Source of the DNA: an uncultured virus (IMG/VR IMGVR_UViG_3300034101_005937)
Taxonomy: Duplodnaviria; Heunggongvirae; Uroviricota; Caudoviricetes
Length of the DNA: 64,000 nt
IMG/VR virus record: IMGVR_UViG_3300034101_005937
Coordinates: 1 to 64,000 of that record
Strand: one strand, 5' to 3'
Both the position numbers and the translations under genes were made by a program. Of the stretch, positions 38,221 to 47,968 are shown piece after piece; position 1 is the stretch's first letter; each line of letters begins with the position of its first letter. The notes beneath the pieces were generated by a model. That model saw only the letters and a list, made by a program, of their open reading frames with translations. It had not been told where the DNA came from and did not search any database.

Positions 38221-40689
38221 ATGAGCATTACAATTGAAAATTTTACAAAACTGATCAAACATCAGTTTAACAAATTTCCTTTTTGCAATGATCCAGAACA
38301 TAAGTTCAGGCTCAGATATGAATTAATTGAAATTGAAACACAAAATTGCTGCGATTATTTCATCGACCTCGTAAGACAAAAAAAGAAATTACCCAATGAA
38401 AACAATCTCCTTGTTCCAGTTCTTCTCGGAATATGTGATGAATTTAACATAAACGAAATGCCTAAAACAAAAACAAATGAATTTCCAGACGTTGATATTG
38501 ACTTTATAGCAGATGTTAGAGATTATCTTAAAAATACATACGCACCTAGTGAATACAAAGCTGTAAATACTTGTTCAATCGGAACTTATGGAAGATATGC
38601 TCTTAAGAGCGCCATGATTGACATGGCGAGAATATATGGATTAGACAGAAATGAAGTTTTAAATATTACTAAGAATTTAAGGATGAGAGATGAAGATGGG
38701 GATGAATTGACTTATGAGGAAGCTGTTGATACTTTTCCTGAATTAAAATCATATCTTGGAAAATATCCAGAATTAGCATTAGCAGTTCAAAAGTTGCTTC
38801 ATAGAATTAGAAATACAGGCAAACATGCTGGTGGTGTTATTATATGCAGAGATGAAATTAACAAATTCGTTCCCTTAATGAAAACTACTGGTGGTGATCA
38901 CTTAGTATCACAATTTGTTGAAGGATTAGCGACACAAGAACTTGGACCGCTTGGTCTTGTAAAATTTGATTTGTTGGTAATTAGTGCTTTAGAACAAATG
39001 GCATATACTGCAAAGATGGTAAAAGAAAGACATAATGTAAAATTCATTTCAGGCAATAATGAAGATTGGGATGATATATCTTATCTGAATGATCCAAAAT
39101 CAATAGCAAATGCTAATGACGCAGATCTTATTGGTGTGTTCCAGTATGATAGCAGTGGCATTAGAGAGGTCGTAAAAGCCTCTGGGATCGATAGTTTTAA
39201 TGACTTAGTAGCAATCGTCAGTTTGTATCGTCCGGGTCCGCTTAACGCAGAAATGGATAAAGTATTCATTAGAAGAAAAACAAAACAAGAAGAATACACA
39301 CTTCATCCCGCTCTTGCACCAATTCTTTCTTCTACATATGGAATTATTGTCTACCAAGAACAAGTTATGAGAATCCTTAACGTAGTTGGTAAAATTCCAC
39401 TCAAAGACTGCGAAACAATCAGAAAAGCCATTTCAAAGAAAAAAATATCAAGCTTTATAAAATATAAAGAACAGTTTATTGAAAACGGCATCCATGTACT
39501 TGAAGCAACAAGAGAAGAAGTAGCACAAATTTTCTCTGAAATTGAAGCTTTCGCCGCTTATGGATTCAACCTAAGTCATGCCACAGCTTATACTTACGTT
39601 TCATCACGCCAACTATATTTAAAGACACATTATCCGCTTGAATTTTATGCTGCTCTTCTGATGTTAGAAAAGGATGAGGAGAAGAAAAGAGTTTACATTA
39701 CAGATGCTTACAAGCATGGAGTGATTGTTAATCCTGTTGACATAAACAAAAGCAGTTATAATTTTTCTATTCAAGACAATCAGATTTATGCAGGGTTTGG
39801 CAACATTAAGGGAATTGGAGAGGATACAGCTAGAGATATAGTATTAAAGAAGCCTTATAAGGGCATACACGATTTTCTACAGCGGTTTGGATCGGATGCT
39901 AGTGTATTGAAAGCTTTGATTCCTTTGCGTGTGTTTGGGGTCAATACTGAGAAGGATTACAAGTTCTGGCAAGCGTATTCTCTTCAGAACAAGAAAGTTA
40001 TTGACAAGAATAAAAGATCTAATAAAAGTTATTTGGATCTTAAGAAAAGTATTATGAGTTTATTGCCAGAAAAGTATTATAATTTGGAGTTATCTGAAAG
40101 TTTGTTTGGTATACTTTCAAGTATAAATCCTAGTCCAGACGTATTGAAATTGCATAAAAAATGGAAGAGGATGACACAGAAAGGAACAGCCGAGGTAGAG
40201 ATTAGTTATGATGATTTTGATGAAGATGAAATTACAATTGATGATAAAGAATTGATTCTTGATCTTAACGACATTCATTTGGCAGAAAGAAAGCATTATG
40301 GTTTTCAGTTTACTTGTCGATTGTCTACATTCAAAATGTACGATCCTAGTTGTACATTTGCAAATTCTATTGAATTGCATGCTAATGGTGTTCGCAGGCA
40401 CAATGTTCAGATTGAAGTTTTAGATGTGAATGTTAAGTATTCTAAGAATAACAAATCATATTGTCAGTTAATTGGCATGGACAGTGAGTTTAGGATAGAA
40501 AGAATTAATGTATGGGCAGACGATTATGTGATATTTAAGCATATTCTAGAAAAGAATAATTGTTTATCAATACAGGTTTCTCCACCAACCAATGGATTTT
40601 CTACTTTTAGTTTAAACTCTCCTCCTCAACATAAAAGATATCTTTTGCCATCAAACACTCTTGATTACAGAATTGTTTTAATAAACTAG
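38221..40689 (+). CDS. dnaE: DNA polymerase III alpha, C-terminal part (catalytic palm, fingers, HhH, OB)
   Basis: PDVDIDF, GKHAGGVII, GLVKFDLL, GVFQ, LYRPGPL, YQEQVM, YGFNLSHATAY, IKGIG. Confidence 0.93.
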   Translation: MSITIENFTKLIKHQFNKFPFCNDPEHKFRLRYELIEIETQNCCDYFIDLVRQKKKLPNENNLLVPVLLGICDEFNINEMPKTKTNEFPDVDIDFIADVRDYLKNTYAPSEYKAVNTCSIGTYGRYALKSAMIDMARIYGLDRNEVLNITKNLRMRDEDGDELTYEEAVDTFPELKSYLGKYPELALAVQKLLHRIRNTGKHAGGVIICRDEINKFVPLMKTTGGDHLVSQFVEGLATQELGPLGLVKFDLLVISALEQMAYTAKMVKERHNVKFISGNNEDWDDISYLNDPKSIANANDADLIGVFQYDSSGIREVVKASGIDSFNDLVAIVSLYRPGPLNAEMDKVFIRRKTKQEEYTLHPALAPILSSTYGIIVYQEQVMRILNVVGKIPLKDCETIRKAISKKKISSFIKYKEQFIENGIHVLEATREEVAQIFSEIEAFAAYGFNLSHATAYTYVSSRQLYLKTHYPLEFYAALLMLEKDEEKKRVYITDAYKHGVIVNPVDINKSSYNFSIQDNQIYAGFGNIKGIGEDTARDIVLKKPYKGIHDFLQRFGSDASVLKALIPLRVFGVNTEKDYKFWQAYSLQNKKVIDKNKRSNKSYLDLKKSIMSLLPEKYYNLELSESLFGILSSINPSPDVLKLHKKWKRMTQKGTAEVEISYDDFDEDEITIDDKELILDLNDIHLAERKHYGFQFTCRLSTFKMYDPSCTFANSIELHANGVRRHNVQIEVLDVNVKYSKNNKSYCQLIGMDSEFRIERINVWADDYVIFKHILEKNNCLSIQVSPPTNGFSTFSLNSPPQHKRYLLPSNTLDYRIVLIN

Positions 40690-40697
40690 TTTATTTT

Positions 40698-41123
40698 ATG
40701 CAAAACGAACTTATTGTAACTGAAGAAAACTTTGATAAATATTTTAGAAATATTAGGACAAAGAAAAAGCAGAAGAATGATGTTATAGCTGTATTTCAGT
40801 CTTCTGCTATTTTTCAAAAGGGTAAGTTGAAGGAAGAGATAGTTGATTTATTGTGCAATGAATTTGGAAGTGTTGCAAAATGTGTTGGCAAGTTGTTTAA
40901 ATATGCTTATGCTTCTCAGGGTGAAGCGATAAGATTGTGTAAAGAAATAATTAAAGATTTTACATCTGGTATTTCAAGAGACGATATTGTAATAAAAGAA
41001 TATCCTTTTTTCTTACAAATGTTTTTTTACACAAAAGAAAAGTATATGCCAAAAGATGATGCAAGGTGGATGGTATTGAAAGATGAAAAAAGAGAAAATA
41101 ATAACAATATTATGTCCGTATAA
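40698..41123 (+). CDS. hypothetical protein
   Basis: 141-aa ORF. Confidence 0.65.
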   Translation: MQNELIVTEENFDKYFRNIRTKKKQKNDVIAVFQSSAIFQKGKLKEEIVDLLCNEFGSVAKCVGKLFKYAYASQGEAIRLCKEIIKDFTSGISRDDIVIKEYPFFLQMFFYTKEKYMPKDDARWMVLKDEKRENNNNIMSV

Positions 41124-41628
41124 ACAAATTCCTAACAGTTTTAGTGTTGCTATAAAAAACAATAAAGGATTTTTAGTTGCCGAACAGTTTTACAAGTGCA
41201 GAGAAATATTTCATGAAGATTTTCCATATACAAAAAATCTGATTGTATGTATTCCTCCTTACAAGAAGAAAAGATTGTGTAATACATTTGAATTTATAGA
41301 AAAACACTTGAATATAAAAAATAAATCAAAAATATTTTTAACTCAAAGAAAAAATTTATTTTATGTAAAATTAAGTGATTTTTGGAAATCTAAGATCAAA
41401 TTTAGCTTACTTACCTTGCTAATCAGGTCTGGACTTAAGATAAATGATGACATAAGTATAGAAAAGTTGATATCAAAATTGTCATATTTGAAGAAAACTA
41501 AGGAAGCTTTATATGTATTTTTTATTGGAAACACTAGATATTATGGCAAGAACAGTTCTTGGTTCAAAGAATTCAAAGACAAAAGTGCAGAGGAATCTGC
41601 CAAGTTGCTGAAAAAGGCAAATAGTTGA
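41083..41628 (+). CDS. basic hypothetical protein
   Basis: 181-aa ORF. Confidence 0.6.
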   Translation: MKKEKIITILCPYKQIPNSFSVAIKNNKGFLVAEQFYKCREIFHEDFPYTKNLIVCIPPYKKKRLCNTFEFIEKHLNIKNKSKIFLTQRKNLFYVKLSDFWKSKIKFSLLTLLIRSGLKINDDISIEKLISKLSYLKKTKEALYVFFIGNTRYYGKNSSWFKEFKDKSAEESAKLLKKANS

Positions 41629-41640
41629 ATATATAGTTTA

Positions 41641-42345
41641 ATGGAGGCAACAACAATGTCTGACTGGGAAAAACAAAAAGATCAAATGAAAGACTTTTGC
41701 AAAGTTTGGGATAAAGCCAAGAGCAAAGAAGCTAATGGCGGCAAGAAGGTTGTAAAGAATCAAGCGTATTGCACATTGAAGGAATCTTTTGATAACACGC
41801 TATCAAACTACAAGAGCGATTGGGAAAGAATCCTAAAAGCTTCTGTACCAGCATTTTCCGAAGATGGAGATGGTCAGATTCTCAATGAAGTCCGTAAAAA
41901 AAAAGTAGGTAAGAAAGCAACATCAAAAACAAAGGCTAAAAAGTCAAAAAAATCTCCATATGATTTGCTTAACCCTGATGCTTTTAATTATGTAAAGCCA
42001 AGTATTGAAGATGCTGATGCTGATGATACCAGTTTGACTGTTAAGGTTAAGAAGTTAGCTAATTTGCCTAATAAAGTAGATTCTGATTCTTATGGTAGAG
42101 ATGGAGTTGGCAAGAGTGGCAGAACAAAGGTTTCTGCCGGTTGGACAGATGATCCTAACATGAAGAAATTGGTTGATTTAAAGCAGAAGCTTTATGATTT
42201 AGAGCGTGAGATGAGTGTACCAAATGGTCTTGATGAAATAAAAACTAAGAAAAACGAAAAGAAATTTAACAAATTACATGATGAGATCGCTAAGTTAAGT
42301 GATAAGTTCGTTGGCGACTACAAGACAAACCAATACTATGTCTGA
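41641..42345 (+). CDS. hypothetical (likely late/virion) protein
   Basis: SD GGAGG suggests a start at 41656; ILNE followed by a K-rich segment. Confidence 0.65.
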   Translation: MEATTMSDWEKQKDQMKDFCKVWDKAKSKEANGGKKVVKNQAYCTLKESFDNTLSNYKSDWERILKASVPAFSEDGDGQILNEVRKKKVGKKATSKTKAKKSKKSPYDLLNPDAFNYVKPSIEDADADDTSLTVKVKKLANLPNKVDSDSYGRDGVGKSGRTKVSAGWTDDPNMKKLVDLKQKLYDLEREMSVPNGLDEIKTKKNEKKFNKLHDEIAKLSDKFVGDYKTNQYYV

Positions 42346-42538
42346 TTTAGAAAAAAAATTCATGATTCGATGTCTGAAATGCCGTTGGGCAGAAACATCC
42401 ACCGGCATTTCAGATGATCTAAAACATCTTACAGAAATTCCTAGAACATGTATGAACTGTGGAACACCTCGCCAGTTCAAATGTCCTAAATGTGGTCGTG
42501 CAGCTAAAATGATGCGGATTAAAAGAAGTGCGCCATAA
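42338..42538 (+). CDS. zinc-ribbon protein
   Basis: CLKC, CMNC, CPKC. Confidence 0.65.
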   Translation: MSDLEKKFMIRCLKCRWAETSTGISDDLKHLTEIPRTCMNCGTPRQFKCPKCGRAAKMMRIKRSAP

Positions 42539-43667
42539 GTATTTAAATTTAAAAAAAGAAAATAAAGAATTATTTAATGAGCTTGTTTTTAACAAGCATA
42601 TATTTAAAGAAGAGAAACAACTTTCTGAGAAGTTGTTTTATTTTTCTTTTGGTGAATTTGGTTGTGAATCTATAATACCAACATTTTTGATTCCGAGAAT
42701 TAATAATAATTTTAAAGAATACAGGAAGATTGTTGTTGGTTGGCAAGGTAGAGAATACTTTTACAGAGATGTCTGCGATGAATTTTGGGAAATAGACAAT
42801 GAATTCATGTCTCTTAAAGACAGATCCCATGCTTTTGAAAATCACTCAACAGAAATAGCAAGTCTTGAAAAAAGATTATCTAATTTAGGCATCGTTATTA
42901 ATGGTAATAAGATGGGTAATTTGTGTTTAACGTGTAGATGTGCTGCTTGTTCTCATGAGTTTCCAAGAGACAGGGGCGATGTATATTGTCCAAAATGTAA
43001 TTCTGTTAAAATAATTAAGTCTTTGATACAAGGATGCAAAGACTACAAAAACAATGTTTATCCTTTGCCGCAAATAAATCAAAAATATATTGATTTTGCG
43101 GACGAATTGATTCCTGAAAAATCTGTTGCTCTATTTGCTAGAAACAGAAAAACGTATGGCAGAAATTTGCCAAAAGATTTTTACAATGATGTTATCAATC
43201 TTCTAACAGATTTTGGATACAAAGTAGTATTGCTTGGAGAAGTGAGTTCTAGTTATAACATTGATAATGATAAGATTATTAATCTTATGAATCATGAGTA
43301 TGTTGGCAATTTGGAAGCAGCTTTTGCAGTTGTTAAAAAATGTGATTTTTCTCTTCAATTCTATACAGCATCTACAAGAATAAGTAGTTTGTTGAATAAA
43401 CCTTTTGTGCTGGTAGAATCGCCAGAGCAAATGTTTGGCAGAGGTCAAGAAGGGTTTAGACTGTCCTTAATGACTAAAAAATATAGTGATAAAAAGCTAG
43501 TTGTATCCAATTTTGTGGATGTAGTTGATAATTTTTCAGAATTTCTAACTATGCTTAAAGATGCAGTAATAGATTTTATAGTAAACAAAAATTCTGAAGA
43601 CGTGTTTTTTAGACCGAATGATATGTTATTAGCTCAAAGTCAGAAATACAAAGAAAACATATGGTAA
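42528..43667 (+). CDS. GT9/heptosyltransferase-like glycosyltransferase with zinc-ribbon insert
   Basis: GEFG, R..YGRNLP.DFY, VVLLG, LQFYTASTRISSLLNKP; CAAC..CPKC insert. Confidence 0.5.
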   Translation: MRHKYLNLKKENKELFNELVFNKHIFKEEKQLSEKLFYFSFGEFGCESIIPTFLIPRINNNFKEYRKIVVGWQGREYFYRDVCDEFWEIDNEFMSLKDRSHAFENHSTEIASLEKRLSNLGIVINGNKMGNLCLTCRCAACSHEFPRDRGDVYCPKCNSVKIIKSLIQGCKDYKNNVYPLPQINQKYIDFADELIPEKSVALFARNRKTYGRNLPKDFYNDVINLLTDFGYKVVLLGEVSSSYNIDNDKIINLMNHEYVGNLEAAFAVVKKCDFSLQFYTASTRISSLLNKPFVLVESPEQMFGRGQEGFRLSLMTKKYSDKKLVVSNFVDVVDNFSEFLTMLKDAVIDFIVNKNSEDVFFRPNDMLLAQSQKYKENIW

Positions 43668-44806
43668 ATGCTGTTGATATAAAAGAAGTTATAGAATCTG
43701 CCTCTATAAGAGGTAATTTTATTAGAGAGAAGTTTGATTCAAGGAATATTCCTGATAATCTACAAAAAATAATTGTAATACCAATATTTCCAGAATTAAG
43801 TCATCTTTTAGTTTTTGCAAATTACATATTTCCTAGTTTAAAGAATGATATTAATTTTAAAGACAAGTACATTATAATTGTTACTTGGAAAGGATTTTCT
43901 AAGTTTTTTGCACAAGCAGATGAAGTATGGTCACAGAAATCTGTTGATAATATTGATAGATTTTATGAAAAAACTGAAGGCATGTTAAATAAATCAGATA
44001 CAATAACTGTCATTTTTAGAAGTTTGAATGAATTTTTCAGAAACGTAATTGACCCATCTAGATTTGCAAATTTATTTCAGAATGGCTTCAATAGATCAAA
44101 TATAGGTAAAAATTCTATTGATATAGTTAAATCAAATTTGCCTAATATAAATTATTTGAATCAAAGTATTGTTAAAAGTATTTCAGAATTAGGTGAAAGA
44201 AAGGTTTTTATAATTCCTTTTAAATTCATCAAGCAATGGCACTTAGGTAAGGTAATATTGCATAAATTATCGTCTTCTTTTTACCAAAGTGTGATAGAAA
44301 GTTTTACTTCTAAAAACATTAAATGTGTTGTTTTAAAGAATTATATGACGTTTGATATTTCTAAGGATTTTATTGACAATCCTAATGTTTTGTTTGTTCA
44401 AGAAGATGATTGGTTTTTGGTGATGGCGTATATGCTTTCAACTAAGATATTTGTTGATTTCTTTTCTGGTCTTAATTCAATGTCAATGTATTGTGGTTGC
44501 AGAAGTATTAGTATTGCGGAAAGAAATTTTAACGTAGTTTCTAACCAAAAAGATATAGAATTATGTATGACAGATTCAAATATTGATACTAAAGTCTTTA
44601 CGTTTTTCGATTTAAATTATAGTTTGCTTAATAAAAAGTTATTTTTCATAGATAAATTAATTTATGAGATTGTAAATACTAACCTTGACAAGCATATCGA
44701 AAATAAAAATAAATATTCAGTTGATTTGCAGGCAAGTATAGTTGAAAGAGTAAAACAGTTTCACCCCAAGTTTATAGGCATTAAAAAGAAAGTGATTGAG
44801 GAATAA
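43661..44806 (+). CDS. GT9-like glycosyltransferase paralog (divergent)
   Basis: IIVTWKG..FFAQADEVW parallels the upstream gene; FVDFFSGLNSMS. Confidence 0.4.
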   Translation: MVNAVDIKEVIESASIRGNFIREKFDSRNIPDNLQKIIVIPIFPELSHLLVFANYIFPSLKNDINFKDKYIIIVTWKGFSKFFAQADEVWSQKSVDNIDRFYEKTEGMLNKSDTITVIFRSLNEFFRNVIDPSRFANLFQNGFNRSNIGKNSIDIVKSNLPNINYLNQSIVKSISELGERKVFIIPFKFIKQWHLGKVILHKLSSSFYQSVIESFTSKNIKCVVLKNYMTFDISKDFIDNPNVLFVQEDDWFLVMAYMLSTKIFVDFFSGLNSMSMYCGCRSISIAERNFNVVSNQKDIELCMTDSNIDTKVFTFFDLNYSLLNKKLFFIDKLIYEIVNTNLDKHIENKNKYSVDLQASIVERVKQFHPKFIGIKKKVIEE

Positions 44807-44807
44807 A

Positions 44808-45086
44808 ATGGCACGAAAGGCAAATGTTAGAGTAGTTTCAAGAGACAACGGTTATGACGATCATCGTGACAGGTCTTTTAAAGCTTTGATGAGTGCATTC
44901 CGTCAAGCAGTCAATAAGGCTGGTATCTTGCGTGAATACAGGCTTAGAGAAACATATGAAAGCCCATCAGAGAAGTCACGCAGGAAGAGGCGTGAGAAGG
45001 AAGCTACTATTCTTAAGAGTCAGATGAGAGAAAGCTTCCCTGTTAAAAACAAAAAGGAAAAGCCATGTCCGAAAAACAAAAAATAA
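44808..45086 (+). CDS. rpsU: ribosomal protein bS21
   Basis: FKALMSAFRQAVNKAGILREYRLRETYESPSEKSRRKRRE; SD GAGGA. Confidence 0.88.
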   Translation: MARKANVRVVSRDNGYDDHRDRSFKALMSAFRQAVNKAGILREYRLRETYESPSEKSRRKRREKEATILKSQMRESFPVKNKKEKPCPKNKK

Positions 45087-45382
45087 TCACTTTTGGTATT
45101 CCAGAATCTTTATACAACAAAATAAATGATGTTGCTTCTGCGAAAGATCAGAAAGTATCAGTCTACATGAAAAAATTTGTAGATGATTATTTTACTGATG
45201 ACAAGAATATTGTCAGAGTTGTACTTGATGCACCAAAGGATAAGCGTGGGGATAAGCTTTATATGAGAGCTTGGTTTGAGCAAAAGGTAGAATACTTAAT
45301 CGAAAAGTTATATGATCAATTGGCTCATGAAAATCCAAATGGTCCTTGGTCTACACCTACAGCGCATGAGGACTATGAATAA
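45065..45382 (+). CDS. ribbon-helix-helix DNA-binding protein (putative)
   Basis: KIITFGIPESLYNKINDVA..KVSVYMKKFV. Confidence 0.55.
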   Translation: MSEKQKIITFGIPESLYNKINDVASAKDQKVSVYMKKFVDDYFTDDKNIVRVVLDAPKDKRGDKLYMRAWFEQKVEYLIEKLYDQLAHENPNGPWSTPTAHEDYE

Positions 45383-45636
45383 TGCCATTGAGTATCGATC
45401 AGGTTTATGACATCTGTCTTGCTAGTGATAACAAAGGTAACTGCTGCAAATATCTTTCTCAAGACAGTGGAGGATCAGACTTCCACTGTCTCAAGAAAAC
45501 TGAGTATAAAAAAGACATAGATTATGAAACTAATGTAAATGCAAAAAAAGATCCTACCATTCCTCAAGGTGATAATTGTCCGGGTTATCCAGTGTTTCAG
45601 CATTTAATTGTTGGATACGACCAAAAGAACTCTTGA
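45382..45636 (+). CDS. Cys-rich hypothetical protein
   Basis: CCKYL..CLK..GDNCPG. Confidence 0.65.
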   Translation: MPLSIDQVYDICLASDNKGNCCKYLSQDSGGSDFHCLKKTEYKKDIDYETNVNAKKDPTIPQGDNCPGYPVFQHLIVGYDQKNS

Positions 45637-45694
45637 CACAAATCTTTCAATTGATAAAATGACTGCGGACATATCCCGGAATGGAGTCTTTGAT

Positions 45695-46111
45695 ATGCTG
45701 CATAGTCTGAGCAGTGTTTGTCTTTTTGATGGTGAAGAGAATCAAGATTTTGTACCTGTCACAAAACATGAATACATAAAAAACATCTTTGAAAGAGTGT
45801 TTTCTAATTTAAAAGATGTAGATGGTAATGATCTTTCAGGAAAAGCTGAATTCCAAGAAAAATATATTTCAACTTTGGAAAAGTGTGATATTGAAAACAC
45901 AATAGATCTTATTTACAAGCTTATTGGTAAAAAAATTAAATTGGGAAGTGCGATTTATTATAAAGATGATATGGATGCAGAGCTTCCAAAAGATGTAGTT
46001 ATTGTAATAGAAATGATTAAGCATTTGCACTTCCACAGGGTGCCCAAAAAATTTGTAGCTGGGTTTTTATTACTTATGGTTAGATTTATTTATTTTCCGC
46101 TAAATAATTAG
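45695..46111 (+). CDS. hypothetical protein
   Basis: TTGACA-16-TAAAAT at 45633-45660; SD GGAG before ATG 45695. Confidence 0.6.
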   Translation: MLHSLSSVCLFDGEENQDFVPVTKHEYIKNIFERVFSNLKDVDGNDLSGKAEFQEKYISTLEKCDIENTIDLIYKLIGKKIKLGSAIYYKDDMDAELPKDVVIVIEMIKHLHFHRVPKKFVAGFLLLMVRFIYFPLNN

Positions 46112-46112
46112 T

Positions 46113-46460
46113 ATGAAAACATTTGAAGAATATAATCTACTTTGGCTCAACTTGGCTTTTGTAAAATCAAAAGCCAATAAAGAGCATTCTTTCTTATATA
46201 AATATTTTGATAAAAGTCCTCATAAAGAGGCTATGGAATATTTTTATGTTATGGGAGAGAATTATATTTATCTATTTACTGATCATACAGGGTATAAGGC
46301 AAACGCTTCTTTTCTTTCAAAACAGTTTTATAAATTTAAGAGTCTTATGAGCATATATAATAAAGCCAAGCAAGAAATTGACTTGGAAACTTTGAGAAAA
46401 TTAGATCAAGGCAAAATAAAACCAAGACATTTTAAGGAGATAAATGCTGATAAAATATGA
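46113..46460 (+). CDS. hypothetical protein
   Basis: TAAATA, 6 nt, ATG; MKTFEEY start. Confidence 0.65.
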   Translation: MKTFEEYNLLWLNLAFVKSKANKEHSFLYKYFDKSPHKEAMEYFYVMGENYIYLFTDHTGYKANASFLSKQFYKFKSLMSIYNKAKQEIDLETLRKLDQGKIKPRHFKEINADKI

Positions 46461-46665
46461 AGATTGGCGATTAATGCAAGAATCATCTCCTCTGACTCGT
46501 CAAAGGCTAGGTTGGGGCAGAAAGGGTTCTTATCCATTAAGAGCAGACTTCATGAGCCACAGCACTCCTCCTCCTGATATTATGAACAAATTAATTGATA
46601 CTTTTGGGACAACTGACGGTAAACATAAACCAAAACGCAAGAGGCGAAGGAAAAAACATGGTTAA
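46444..46665 (+). CDS. small putative internal head protein, basic C-tail
   Basis: IKYEDWRLMQE; PKRKRRRKKHG; SD AAGGAG. Confidence 0.6.
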   Translation: MLIKYEDWRLMQESSPLTRQRLGWGRKGSYPLRADFMSHSTPPPDIMNKLIDTFGTTDGKHKPKRKRRRKKHG

Positions 46666-47404
46666 TTGTAAATCTGCTTGGATTAATACAACTGATTGTT
46701 GCAATTCATCTATTTCAGGAACTCCTGATTATGTAACAAAGCAACACAGTACTTACCCTCCTCTTAGGATTGAAGTTACTGATTGCGATCAACAACCATA
46801 TGATTTGAAAGATTTGGTTGTTGAAGCAAATATGTGGACAAATGCAAAACTTAAAACTGCTTTAACTATAAATGACAATTTAATTAAATTTGCTGATAAT
46901 GTTGGATATGATAGTGTTGGTCCAAATTCTATTCTCCATGTATCTTCTGGTAGAGATTTTGAACGAATGACAGTTGTTGGCTTTGATGATGTTAATAAGG
47001 TCATTCAAGTACAACGAGGCGCTTGTGATACAAGAATTCGTCCTTGGTTGAAAGGCACACCTGTAAAAGTTTTAAGATTCATAAATGCTGCTGCTGCTTC
47101 AGAAATGGTATATTCTGACAAAGAAAATATCGATGGAACAATTTCTCTTAATGTTTTGCAGAAAAGCTTTCTCATTTATGAGTGGAAGCCAGAAGACGTT
47201 TGTTTTATAGGTAAATATTATTTCGAGTTTAAAGTCTTAAAAATGAACCTATTAACAAGCCTTGATAGCATTGATATAATACCAGCTAGCAATATTGATT
47301 ATCATTGCGAATTAGGTCTTGGTGTCGAATGGGCAAGAAGATTCCCTAACGACAAGGAAGGCTTCATAGTAGAGGTTTCAGCTAGCCCAACAGCGGAGTG
47401 TTAA
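46658..47404 (+). CDS. BppU-N-like virion structural protein
   Basis: KQHST.PPLRI..TD....PYDL ... IYEWKPED....GKYYFEFKV. Confidence 0.5.
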   Translation: MVNCKSAWINTTDCCNSSISGTPDYVTKQHSTYPPLRIEVTDCDQQPYDLKDLVVEANMWTNAKLKTALTINDNLIKFADNVGYDSVGPNSILHVSSGRDFERMTVVGFDDVNKVIQVQRGACDTRIRPWLKGTPVKVLRFINAAAASEMVYSDKENIDGTISLNVLQKSFLIYEWKPEDVCFIGKYYFEFKVLKMNLLTSLDSIDIIPASNIDYHCELGLGVEWARRFPNDKEGFIVEVSASPTAEC

Positions 47405-47405
47405 T

Positions 47406-47930
47406 TTGTCGGACATTAATCGTTTGCGTGTAAATTTTCAGATTCGTATCCCCCAAGTAAGAGTCATGCAAGATGGAAAAGTCTTGGGCATTATGCCAAC
47501 AGAGAAAGCCCGAAACATGGCTTTTGATTTGGGATTGGATCTTGTTGAAATAGTTCCAAACGCAATTCCTCCTGTTTGTCATATTCTTGATTATTCAAAA
47601 TATAAATACGAACAAAAAATGAAGATTAAGGAAAATAATAAAAAACAAAGAGAGACTGCTCAAATATCAAAAGAAATTAGATTGTCTCCTGTTATTGGCA
47701 AACATGACTTAGAAACCAAGATCAAGCATATTGTTGAATTTTTGCAAGATGAGAAAAAAGTTCAAATTACAATGAAATTTAGATCTAGAGAAATGCAACA
47801 TAAAGAAGTTGGATTTGAAAAAATTAATGCAATTTTGGAAAAGTGTAAAGAAGTTTGCTTGGTAGAATCTAATCCAAAATTTGAAGGCACACGTCTTATC
47901 TGTCGTTTAGCTCCACAAAAAACAAATTAA
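47406..47930 (+). CDS. infC: translation initiation factor IF-3
   Basis: RVNFQIRIPQVRV, GLDLVEIVPNAIPPVCHILDYSKYKYE, KEIRL.P.I..HDLETK, FRSRE; TTG start. Confidence 0.95.
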   Translation: MSDINRLRVNFQIRIPQVRVMQDGKVLGIMPTEKARNMAFDLGLDLVEIVPNAIPPVCHILDYSKYKYEQKMKIKENNKKQRETAQISKEIRLSPVIGKHDLETKIKHIVEFLQDEKKVQITMKFRSREMQHKEVGFEKINAILEKCKEVCLVESNPKFEGTRLICRLAPQKTN

Positions 47931-47968
47931 TACACTCATTTAAATTGTAGTCCTATGGAGATTTAATA

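Noticed and set aside
36440..38490. Split intein joining the DnaE halves
   Set aside because: No Cys/Ser-initiated block A after the N-extein and no HN/GN-nucleophile block G before PDVDIDF
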